Assembly: GCA_035295025.1 (NCBI GenBank)
Contig: DATGJS010000120.1
Coordinates: forward strand, 1-51,350
Source of the DNA: Bradyrhizobium sp.
GTDB lineage: Bacteria; Pseudomonadota; Alphaproteobacteria; Rhizobiales; Xanthobacteraceae
Reading direction: 5' to 3'
DNA: 51,350 nt
Below the pieces are notes generated by a model. The model was not told the origin of the DNA. It ran no database searches and was given only the letters and a program-made list of their open reading frames with translations. The translations under genes and the position numbers were made by a program. Shown one piece after another: positions 22,012-29,519 of this stretch (the stretch's first letter is position 1; each line of letters starts with the position of its first letter).

Positions 22012-23040
22012 ATGACCGCAAAACTTTTACCCACCACGGTCGTCGGCAGCTATCCGCAACCGGATTGGCTGGTGGATCGAAAATTGTTGTCGAAGGGCGT
22101 GGCGCGGGTTCGTCTCGATTTGTGGCGCGTCGCCGAGCCGTGGCTGGAACAGGCGCAGGATGATGCGACGTTACTCGCGATCCGCGATATGGAACGCGCC
22201 GGTATCGACATCATCACCGATGGCGAGATGCGGCGGGAGAGTTATTCCAACCGTTTCGCCACTTCGCTTGAAGGCGTTTCATGCGGTGAGCCCGGCGAGG
22301 TGATTTCGAACATCGGACGTTCCACCGTCGTGCCGCGCGTGGTCGGTGCCATCAGGCGGACCCATCCGGTGGAAATTCGCGACATGGAATTTCTGCGCCG
22401 AAATACCGAGCGCGTCGCCAAGATCACGCTGCCGGGTCCCTTCACCATGAGCCGGCAGGCGGTCAATGAATATTACCGCGATGAAGACGAAATGGTGATG
22501 GATTACGCCGCCGCCGTGAACGCCGAGGCGCGCGATCTGGAGGCGGCCGGCGCCGATGTCATCCAGCTCGACGAGCCCTGGCTGCGCCAGGACCCGCAAG
22601 CCGCCAAGCGCATCGCGGTCAAGGCGATCGACCGCGCGCTCGAAGGCCTCAAGGTGACGAGCGTGGTGCATCTGTGTTTCGGTTATGCGGCGGTCGTCAA
22701 AGGCGAAAAGCCCGTCGGCTATTCCTTCCTTGGCGAACTCGCCACGTGTAAGGCCGATCAGATTTCGATCGAAGCGGCGCAACCGAAAATCGATCTCGGC
22801 GTACTCAGGGAGCTTGCACCGAAAAAAATCATGCTGGGCGTGATCGATTTGGCCGATCCCATGGCTGAGGCGCCCGCGACCGTCGCCAGCCGCATTCGCG
22901 CCGCGTTGAAATATCTACCGCCCGAACGCCTCGTGCCGGCACCCGATTGCGGCATGAAATATCTGTCGCGCGAACTCGCTTTCGCAAAACTGAAGGCGCT
23001 GGCGGAGGGTGCCGCGATGGTGCGGGCGGAGGTGGGGTGA
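22012..23040 (+). CDS. Cobalamin-independent methionine synthase II family protein (catalytic domain only, MetE-like)
   Basis: TTVVGSYP, DIITDGE, IQLDEP; Zn ligands in HLC, SIE and PDCG; 342 aa, lacking the N-terminal half of full-length MetE. Confidence 0.9.
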   Translation: MTAKLLPTTVVGSYPQPDWLVDRKLLSKGVARVRLDLWRVAEPWLEQAQDDATLLAIRDMERAGIDIITDGEMRRESYSNRFATSLEGVSCGEPGEVISNIGRSTVVPRVVGAIRRTHPVEIRDMEFLRRNTERVAKITLPGPFTMSRQAVNEYYRDEDEMVMDYAAAVNAEARDLEAAGADVIQLDEPWLRQDPQAAKRIAVKAIDRALEGLKVTSVVHLCFGYAAVVKGEKPVGYSFLGELATCKADQISIEAAQPKIDLGVLRELAPKKIMLGVIDLADPMAEAPATVASRIRAALKYLPPERLVPAPDCGMKYLSRELAFAKLKALAEGAAMVRAEVG

Positions 23041-23106
23041 GATGTGTCGAATGTCACCCCGATGAGCAAAGCGACATCGGGACTGTCTTCTCAATTTGGA
23101 TGTCGC
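22991..23106 (+). repeat. Direct repeat, left copy (3' end of MetE-like gene plus downstream hairpin)
   Basis: Aligns with 23847-23966; 32-bp identical core 23024-23055 = 23880-23911. Confidence 0.93.
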
Positions 23107-23133
23107 GCTGCGGACTCCTCAGTTGTATTTGGC

Positions 23134-23487
23134 CTATGCCTTATCGGCGAACGAAGCTTTCAGGGCGAGCAGGGCCTCCTTGAGCGCCGGCAAATCGTCT
23201 TTCACCGCTCGCCAAATAATTTGCCCGTCTACGCGCTGATATTCGTGCCGCAAAATATTGCCGATGCCGGCGATATCCATCCAGCGAACGTCCTTGTGCT
23301 GAGCCTTTAGTTCCCGGCCCAAGTGCCGACTGGCTTCTGAAATCACTTCGACGCCGCGCTCTACCGCGGAGCGCAGCAACCACGAACGCTCATAGTCGCG
23401 GAATGATTTTCCGCTTATGGCTTTTTCGATTCCTTGGATACTTTCAAGCATGTCGTGGATACGCAGTAGCGGAGAGCGCACCGGCAT
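23134..23487 (-). CDS. HEPN/DUF86 (HepT-like) ribonuclease toxin
   Basis: AVERGVEVISEASRHL, W..IAGIGNILRHEY, IIW; TGATG overlap with the upstream MNT gene. Confidence 0.88.
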   Translation of the reverse strand: MPVRSPLLRIHDMLESIQGIEKAISGKSFRDYERSWLLRSAVERGVEVISEASRHLGRELKAQHKDVRWMDIAGIGNILRHEYQRVDGQIIWRAVKDDLPALKEALLALKASFADKA

Positions 23488-23783
23488 CAAAAAACCCGCA
23501 TGGCCTCGGCCTCGACTTGTTTACGGATCAGGGGATGCAGCCCGTTACGTGTTGTAAGGTCGACATTTACGCCGAGACCGTTCTGAAGCAGGCGTTTCGT
23601 TGCAACCAAGTCAAATGCGTTGAACTTGCTGCGCGGATCATAGTCGATAAACAAATCAATATCGCTTTTATCGCCAGCCCGATCGCGGGCCGTCGATCCA
23701 AACAGATATAGCGAGGTCGCACCTTGCGCCTTAAGAGCGCTGGCGTAAGCCCGCAGTTTTTTAAGAGCTTCTGTCCGCTTCAT
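23487..23783 (-). CDS. Minimal nucleotidyltransferase (MntA-like) antitoxin
   Basis: LFGSTARDRAGDKSDID = GSx10DxD, VDL; 98 aa. Confidence 0.9.
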   Translation of the reverse strand: MKRTEALKKLRAYASALKAQGATSLYLFGSTARDRAGDKSDIDLFIDYDPRSKFNAFDLVATKRLLQNGLGVNVDLTTRNGLHPLIRKQVEAEAMRVF

Positions 23784-23820
23784 AGGGCAATTCTATACCA
23801 CATAGGTGGGAAGTAGTAAA
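23784..23820 (-). promoter_or_regulatory. Putative leaderless promoter of the TA operon with an overlapping palindrome
   Basis: -10 TAGAAT lies 6 nt upstream of the ATG, no SD sequence; palindrome CCAC-ATAG-GTGG at 23798-23809. Confidence 0.5.
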
Positions 23821-23846
23821 AGCTGATCCCGGCAGTGTAACCCATA

Positions 23847-23966
23847 TGAAGGCGCTTGCCGAGGGTGCTGCGATGGTGAGGGCGGAGGTGGGGTGAGATG
23901 TGTCGAATGTCGCCTGGATGAGCAAAGACCGACATTCAGGACTATTTCTTTCATCTCGCATGTCGC
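23847..23966 (+). repeat. Direct repeat, right copy (duplicated MetE-like 3' end)
   Basis: Encodes KALAEGAAMVRAEVG*, identical to the gene's C-terminus, with four synonymous differences. Confidence 0.93.
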
Positions 23967-23990
23967 TCACGCTCGCGGGCAACGTTTACT

Positions 23991-25001
23991 TTACTCGATC
24001 ACCGTATCGGCGAAAGCAAGGATAGATGGCGGCAGGGTCACCCCAAGCGCCTTGGCGGTTTTTAGGTTGACGACCAAATCGAATTTTGTCGGGTTCTGGA
24101 CCGGCAGGTCGGCGGGTTTCGCGCCTTTTAAAATTTTGTCCACGTAGACCGCCGTGCGATCGAACTGGTCGATGTCGTTGGCATTGTAAGACATCAGCCC
24201 CCCGGCTTCGACATACTCCCGGTATGGATATATTCCCGTTAGCCGGCTGGTTGCCTCAAAGTTCACGATCTCGGCGCGGTGAGCGAGCAGGAAACGATCC
24301 GCCAGTACAATCATCGCATTAGATTGCGCGCCGGTAACCGTCGAAAAGGCGGGTTTGAGATCTTCTACGCGCTGAACCTCCACCACGGGCTGGAGCACCA
24401 GACCCAGGGCGGCGGCGGCTGTTTGTGTCGCTTGATAGAAGCCGACCACGGAAGGATTGGCCGAATTCCAGAGCACGGCAACGCGAGAAAGCCCTGGAAC
24501 CGCCTGCTGTAGAAGCTGTAGGCGTTTGCCTTCCAACTCCGGTCCAGCGAAAGTGAATCCGGTCACGTTCGCTCCCGGTCGCGTAAAGCTGGCAACAAGC
24601 CCGGCACTGACGGGATCGCCGCTTGACGCAAAAACAATCGGGATAGCGTCGGTCGCCTTTTTGGCAGCAATAGAAGCAGGCGTGCCCACCGTCACAATAA
24701 CGTCCGGCTGGAGGCGGACCAGTTCGGCGGCGAAGGCCGGCAGCCGATCATCCCGGCCCTCCGCCCATCGCGATTCAATAGCGATGGTCTCGCCCTCGAT
24801 ATGGCCTAATTCGCGGAGCCTCTTGCCGAATGCATCGACCAGATGACGCTCCAGAGATAGCGAGGTCGAGCTTAGATAGCCGATCCGCTGCAATTTCGCA
24901 TTCGCCGCGCGCGCGGCAAACGGCCCGAGCAATGCAGGTACGACCGCAGCCCCGCCGAGCAGCCACCGCCGCCGCTCTGAGTCAAACATGCCATTCCTCA
25001 T
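23991..25001 (-). CDS. ABC transporter substrate-binding protein (ABC_sub_bind type), orphan
   Basis: RRRWLL leader, IPIVF..SGDPV..GLV, GANVTG, GGLMSY, KILKGAKPADLPV, NLKTAKALG; start may be ATG 24989. Confidence 0.88.
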   Translation of the reverse strand: MRNGMFDSERRRWLLGGAAVVPALLGPFAARAANAKLQRIGYLSSTSLSLERHLVDAFGKRLRELGHIEGETIAIESRWAEGRDDRLPAFAAELVRLQPDVIVTVGTPASIAAKKATDAIPIVFASSGDPVSAGLVASFTRPGANVTGFTFAGPELEGKRLQLLQQAVPGLSRVAVLWNSANPSVVGFYQATQTAAAALGLVLQPVVEVQRVEDLKPAFSTVTGAQSNAMIVLADRFLLAHRAEIVNFEATSRLTGIYPYREYVEAGGLMSYNANDIDQFDRTAVYVDKILKGAKPADLPVQNPTKFDLVVNLKTAKALGVTLPPSILAFADTVIE

Positions 25002-25048
25002 GGTTCGTAGGCAGATTAGCGATAATGTAACCTGCCGTCACGTTTGTT

Positions 25049-25133
25049 TGGTGCCCCTGGCCGGAATCGAACCAGCACTCCTTGCGGAACTCGATTTTGA
25101 GTCGAGCGCGTCTACCAGTTCCGCCACAGGGGC
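25049..25133 (-). tRNA. tRNA-Leu(CAA)
   Basis: Reverse complement GCCCCTG...CAGGGGC-ACCA; anticodon arm CTCGA-CTCAAAA-TCGAG; long variable arm; GGTTCGATTCC T loop; encoded CCA. Confidence 0.97.
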
Positions 25134-25177
25134 CTTCGGCCGGCCGAAAAGAAATAACGGCCGCGCGAAGCCGGCGG

Positions 25178-25205
25178 AATATAGCGGGTCGCGACTGCCG
25201 GTCAA
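25178..25205 (-). promoter_or_regulatory. Sigma70-type promoter for tRNA-Leu
   Basis: TTGACC-N16-TATATT followed by a GC-rich discriminator. Confidence 0.65.
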
Positions 25206-25262
25206 CCCGCTGTGAACAGAGATGTCTCGACAGGGTGGCGATGCCGCGATAGGAGGCTGATC

Positions 25263-25802
25263 GTGACGTCCCAGGTGACAGCGGTTTTCCCATTCCGGCA
25301 CGGCGCCTCACCGGCGCTGGGTGCGGCGCTTTCGATCGCGGCCATCGCGGCGGCGACGCTGGCTGGCGCGTGGTATTTCCAATTGGTGCTCGACATCCGG
25401 CCTTGCCCATTATGTCTGGAGCAGCGCTACGCGTATTATTTGGCGATTCCGCTTGCGGCGCTCACAGCGTTTGCCGCCCGCCGCAACGGCAAAAATAGTC
25501 TGGTGTTGGCCGGGCTTGCCATCCTGGGGTTGGCCGCGCTCGGCAACGCCGTGCTCGGCACCTATCACGCCGGCGTCGAATGGGGCTTGTGGCAGGGGCC
25601 GACCGATTGCACCGGTCCGGTCGGCAATCTCGGTAGCGCGGGTACGCTGCTGGAGCGTCTGGACACCGTCAAGGTCATCCGTTGCGACGAAGTACAGTGG
25701 CGCTTTCTCGGCCTTTCGCTTGCCGGCTACAATGTCTTGATCTCGCTTTTGACGGCCGCGATCGCGGCCTGGGGCATCGCCCGCTCCGTCAAACCGCGTT
25801 AA
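25263..25802 (+). CDS. dsbB: Disulfide bond formation protein B family
   Basis: PCPLCLEQR, GPTDC, RCDE..WRFLGLSLAGYN; AGGAGG before GTG 25263. Confidence 0.88.
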   Translation: MTSQVTAVFPFRHGASPALGAALSIAAIAAATLAGAWYFQLVLDIRPCPLCLEQRYAYYLAIPLAALTAFAARRNGKNSLVLAGLAILGLAALGNAVLGTYHAGVEWGLWQGPTDCTGPVGNLGSAGTLLERLDTVKVIRCDEVQWRFLGLSLAGYNVLISLLTAAIAAWGIARSVKPR

Positions 25803-26878
25803 TCGTCGACATCCTCCTGTGGCCGTCCGAACAGATGGACGATCCCGGGGGTGGCGATCGTGACGAACACAAAGCGCGACAAATGATGGGCGCCGACGAA
25901 GATTGGGTCGATATGCAGCGTGAGCGCCAGTGCCAGCATCGCGTCCATCGCGCCCGGCGCGTAGGCGACCAGAATGTCGGCCAATCGCACCTCGGTCGTG
26001 AGCACGATGAGGGCCACGAAAACGGCCGAGATGAGGATGGCGATGGCGAAAGCACCGAGGCCGGCATGGATGTGTCCGAACAGCGTTCTCGATTTCATCC
26101 GCGCGAAGCGTGAACCGATCAGCGTGCCGATGCCGATCAAGGCGATCCCTCGTAAGAGCGGCGGCAGGCCGCCTTCGATCAGTCCCGTGCCGTGCAGCAC
26201 GCTCGACCCGATCATGGCGCCGAACATCCAGCTTGCGGGGAATTTCGCCATTCTGAGCAGAAGCGAGGCCGATACCGATGCCCCGATCAGACCGATAAGT
26301 CCGATCGGGGAAGTCTCCGCGATCGTCAGAGCGGGCGCGGAGGAGGAGGTCAAGCCGGTCAGCGCCAGGATCAGGGGTAACGCGGCGGTCAGGATGATCA
26401 CGCGCAAAGTCTGCACCACGGCGATCGCCGGCATGTCGGCGCCTTTTTCGATGGCGAGCATGGTGATTTGGGACAAGGCGCCGGGACTTGCCGCCAAAAA
26501 TGCCGAGGTCCGGTCCCAGCCATGAATGCGCTGAAGGTAAAGGCTGCTGCCGAAAGTCGTGCAGAAGGTGGCGAGCGCCAGCAGCCCGATGGTCAGCGGG
26601 TAGGACCCGGCGTGTTGCAGCAATTGCCGCGACATCAGCGAGCCGAGCGAAATCCCAAGCAGCACGAGCACCGCCTGGGCGAGGTGGGGCGGCATGGCAA
26701 GCGGCCGTCCCAGCATGACGGCCAATCCGACCGCCATCATCGCACCCGAGATCAATCCGCCCGGCAATCCCGCCCACAGAAAAAACACGCCGCCGATCGT
26801 GCCGATCGACAACGTTTCGAGCGTTTGCAGGGGAGCGTGGGAGATGGCGTCCGCCATCCGTTGAAAAATCGGGTTCAC
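25799..26878 (-). CDS. AbrB family membrane protein (putative ammonia-monooxygenase-like family)
   Basis: Two internal repeats with ASPGALSQ and YAPGAMDA, QTLRV; highly hydrophobic. Confidence 0.85.
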   Translation of the reverse strand: MNPIFQRMADAISHAPLQTLETLSIGTIGGVFFLWAGLPGGLISGAMMAVGLAVMLGRPLAMPPHLAQAVLVLLGISLGSLMSRQLLQHAGSYPLTIGLLALATFCTTFGSSLYLQRIHGWDRTSAFLAASPGALSQITMLAIEKGADMPAIAVVQTLRVIILTAALPLILALTGLTSSSAPALTIAETSPIGLIGLIGASVSASLLLRMAKFPASWMFGAMIGSSVLHGTGLIEGGLPPLLRGIALIGIGTLIGSRFARMKSRTLFGHIHAGLGAFAIAILISAVFVALIVLTTEVRLADILVAYAPGAMDAMLALALTLHIDPIFVGAHHLSRFVFVTIATPGIVHLFGRPQEDVDD

Positions 26879-27030
26879 GGCGCGCTTATGGCAAATCCGC
26901 GGACCCTCGACAAATGCACCTGTTCGGTCCGGGATGGAATCACTTTACAAGGGGCCCCATCACAATGGGTCCCATCCTCACGATGGCGTCCCATCCTCCT
27001 GGGTCAGGAGGATGGGAAAAATGAAAGGTT

Positions 27031-27282
27031 TTACTTCTTCTCGTCAGCGGCTTTTTTGCATTCGGAGCGGAATTTCTGGCGCTCCTTGCCGTGAAGTCCC
27101 TTGGCATCGGCCTCCTTGGAGCATTCGACAGACGCCGCGCTGCGGGGTTTAGCCATCTTTTTTTCGGTAGCCATAGGTGCGGCCGAATCGGTCTTGGCCG
27201 CGGGCGTTTGCGCCAAAACGGGGCTTGCAAAGAGGACAAGGGAAGCAAGAAGCGTGGCAGTCGTGCGAGAAAATCGTGTCAT
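27031..27282 (-). CDS. PsiF-repeat small secreted protein
   Basis: Signal peptide; CSKEADAKGLHGKERQKFRSEC PsiF motif. Confidence 0.82.
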   Translation of the reverse strand: MTRFSRTTATLLASLVLFASPVLAQTPAAKTDSAAPMATEKKMAKPRSAASVECSKEADAKGLHGKERQKFRSECKKAADEKK

Positions 27283-27480
27283 GGGAAATTCCTTGAATGG
27301 ACAAGAGACGCTCACCATCGAGGGGCGATGCTGAACCGGGCATGAATGAAGAATGGAGGGGTGCCGTGTACGGTTTCGCGGCGCGATATTTTGATGCAGC
27401 GGCGGATGGCCGTTGTCACCTATCCTGGTTGGATTAGGATGGGAACCGTTAGATGAGCCACGTTCGAAGGGAGACCAAGA

Positions 27481-27936
27481 ATGAAAATTAAAGCCAAATT
27501 ATTCTGCGCGACCGCGCTTTCAGCTTTCGTCGCGCTAACGGCGGCCGCACCGGCGCAAGCCTTGTCCGCACAGGAATGTGGCGCAAAATACCAAGCCGCC
27601 AAAAGCGCGGGCACCCTGAACGGCCAGAAGTGGAACGATTTCCGCAAGGCCGAGTGCGGCGCTGCCGCGACGCCGATTGCCGCGCCCGCCGCGCCAAAAG
27701 AGGCCGAAGCCAAACCGAAAGCGGCTCCCGCCGCCACGCCGAGTGGGCCTGCGATCTTCCCGATTGCCGTCGATCCGAAATATGCCAAGGAGACCGCTGG
27801 CAAAGCACGGATGCACACCTGCGTCGATCAATACAAAGCCAACAAAGAAACCAATGCCAATGGCGGCATGAAGTGGATCGAGAAGGGCGGCGGCTATTAC
27901 AGCGAGTGCAATAAGCGCTTGAAGGGTGCGGCCTAA
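27481..27936 (+). CDS. Hypothetical secreted protein with two Cys-bounded repeats and an Ala/Pro linker
   Basis: GGGAGA RBS, signal peptide ending AQA, four Cys, followed by a terminator. Confidence 0.8.
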   Translation: MKIKAKLFCATALSAFVALTAAAPAQALSAQECGAKYQAAKSAGTLNGQKWNDFRKAECGAAATPIAAPAAPKEAEAKPKAAPAATPSGPAIFPIAVDPKYAKETAGKARMHTCVDQYKANKETNANGGMKWIEKGGGYYSECNKRLKGAA

Positions 27937-27946
27937 TCAATCGTCA

Positions 27947-27977
27947 GCGGCCGGCCTTCGGGCCGGCCGCGTTTTTT
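27947..27977 (+). terminator. Rho-independent terminator
   Basis: GCGGCCGGCC-TTCG-GGCCGGCCGC followed by GTTTTTT. Confidence 0.88.
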
Positions 27978-28770
27978 GGTGGCTTTCTTGGATATCTCCG
28001 CGGTGCAAGGCGTGCTCGGACTGGGATCGGGGGCGCTGGTCGGGTTTTCGCTGGGCCTGATCGGCGGCGGCGGATCGATCCTGTCGGTGCCGTTGATGGT
28101 GTATGTGGTGGGTGTCGCTGACGCCCATGTCGCGATCGGAACGAGCGCGATCGCGGTGGCCGCCAATGCGGCGATCAACCTGTCAAACCATGCCCGTGGC
28201 GGCACCGTGCGATGGTCATGCGCGCTTCCCTTCGCCGCGGCCGGCATTTTCGGCGCGCTGGCTGGCGCGGTATTCGGCAAAATGCTCGACGGCCGAAAAT
28301 TGCTGGAATTATTTGCGCTGTTGATGCTCGTGATCGCGATTCTGATGCTCAGAACGAGATCGCGCGACGGCTTGCCGGATGCGCAAATGAGCTGGGACAA
28401 CATGCCCGCGATCGCAGGGCTTGGGCTCGCGACCGGTGGACTGTCAGGCTTCTTCGGTATCGGCGGCGGCTTCCTGATCGTGCCGGCGCTGATGCTGGCG
28501 ACCGGAATGCCGATCATCAATGCGATTGGCTCATCGCTCGTGGCAGTCACAGCCTTCGGCCTCTCCACGGCTGCGAGCTATGCTTGGTCGGGTCTTGTGT
28601 CCTGGAAGCTGGCGGGGCTGTTCATCGCCGGCGGGTTGGCCGGCGGGGTGATCGGCACCCGCCTGGCGCGATCTCTATCGGCCGAGCGCGGCGTGTTGAA
28701 TGTCGTATTCGCCGTCGTCATCATCGCCGTGGCCCTCTATATGCTCACGCGTAACTTATTCGCGTTCTGA
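27976..28770 (+). CDS. Sulfite exporter TauE/SafE (TSUP) family
   Basis: GLIGGGGSIL..P, AIGTS, GFFGIGGGFLIVP, AIGSSL; start uncertain (TTG 27976 or GTG 27979). Confidence 0.88.
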   Translation: MVAFLDISAVQGVLGLGSGALVGFSLGLIGGGGSILSVPLMVYVVGVADAHVAIGTSAIAVAANAAINLSNHARGGTVRWSCALPFAAAGIFGALAGAVFGKMLDGRKLLELFALLMLVIAILMLRTRSRDGLPDAQMSWDNMPAIAGLGLATGGLSGFFGIGGGFLIVPALMLATGMPIINAIGSSLVAVTAFGLSTAASYAWSGLVSWKLAGLFIAGGLAGGVIGTRLARSLSAERGVLNVVFAVVIIAVALYMLTRNLFAF

Positions 28771-28813
28771 CCATGAATCGTGCGACCGTTCATTTGAAAA
28801 CCGGAGACAGCAA

Positions 28814-29482
28814 ATGAACATTTCGATCGACGCGATCCGCCCCAATCGGCGGCAAACGCTAAATTGGTTCGCGACAATGACGGCGGCGGGGATCGGCTCA
28901 TGGGCGTTGCCTCGCTCCGGACGCGCCGAGAGCGAGGGCGTGTTGAGCGAGGCGGTGGTTTTGCGCGATCCGGATATTCCGGTGGCGGAGAATGCGGCCG
29001 GTGACATCGCTTTGGTCGAATATTTCGACTATCAGTGCCCTTATTGCCGCAAGCTCGAACCCGAATTGCGGCAGGTGCTCCATGACGACGGCAAGGTGCG
29101 GCTGATCTGGAAAGATTGGCCGATCCTGGGGCCGGCATCGGTGAGCGCGGCGCGGATGGCGCTGGCGGCCAAATATCAAGACAAGTTCATTGAAGCCCAT
29201 GACGGGCTGATGGCCGTCAACGCAAAGCTGACCGATAGCCGAATCAGGGAGGCGCTTGCGGAAGCGGGCTTGGATATCGATCGCCTCGATCGCGACCTCT
29301 CCGCGCATGTGACGGCGATCGAGGCGATTTTGGCGCGCAACAACGATCAGGCCACCGCTTTCGGATTCCGCGGCACGCCCTCTTTCATCGTCGGCAAATT
29401 CCGCGTGCCCGGCGTGCTCACCATGGCTCAATTTACCCAAGTCATCGCCGATGCGCGCAAGGCGGCCGCGACCAAGAAATAA
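28814..29482 (+). CDS. DsbA family (Com1-like) thiol-disulfide oxidoreductase
   Basis: EYFDYQCPYC, KDWPILG, GTP cis-Pro loop; twin-Arg-like NRRQTL leader. Confidence 0.9.
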   Translation: MNISIDAIRPNRRQTLNWFATMTAAGIGSWALPRSGRAESEGVLSEAVVLRDPDIPVAENAAGDIALVEYFDYQCPYCRKLEPELRQVLHDDGKVRLIWKDWPILGPASVSAARMALAAKYQDKFIEAHDGLMAVNAKLTDSRIREALAEAGLDIDRLDRDLSAHVTAIEAILARNNDQATAFGFRGTPSFIVGKFRVPGVLTMAQFTQVIADARKAAATKK

Positions 29483-29519
29483 GATCGGAATTTTCGGGTG
29501 TGCCGAGAGGACGCTTCGT

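Noticed and set aside
23846-23896. 16-aa mini-ORF MKALAEGAAMVRAEVG in the right repeat copy as an independent gene
   Set aside because: No SD; fully explained as the duplicated MetE-like 3' end
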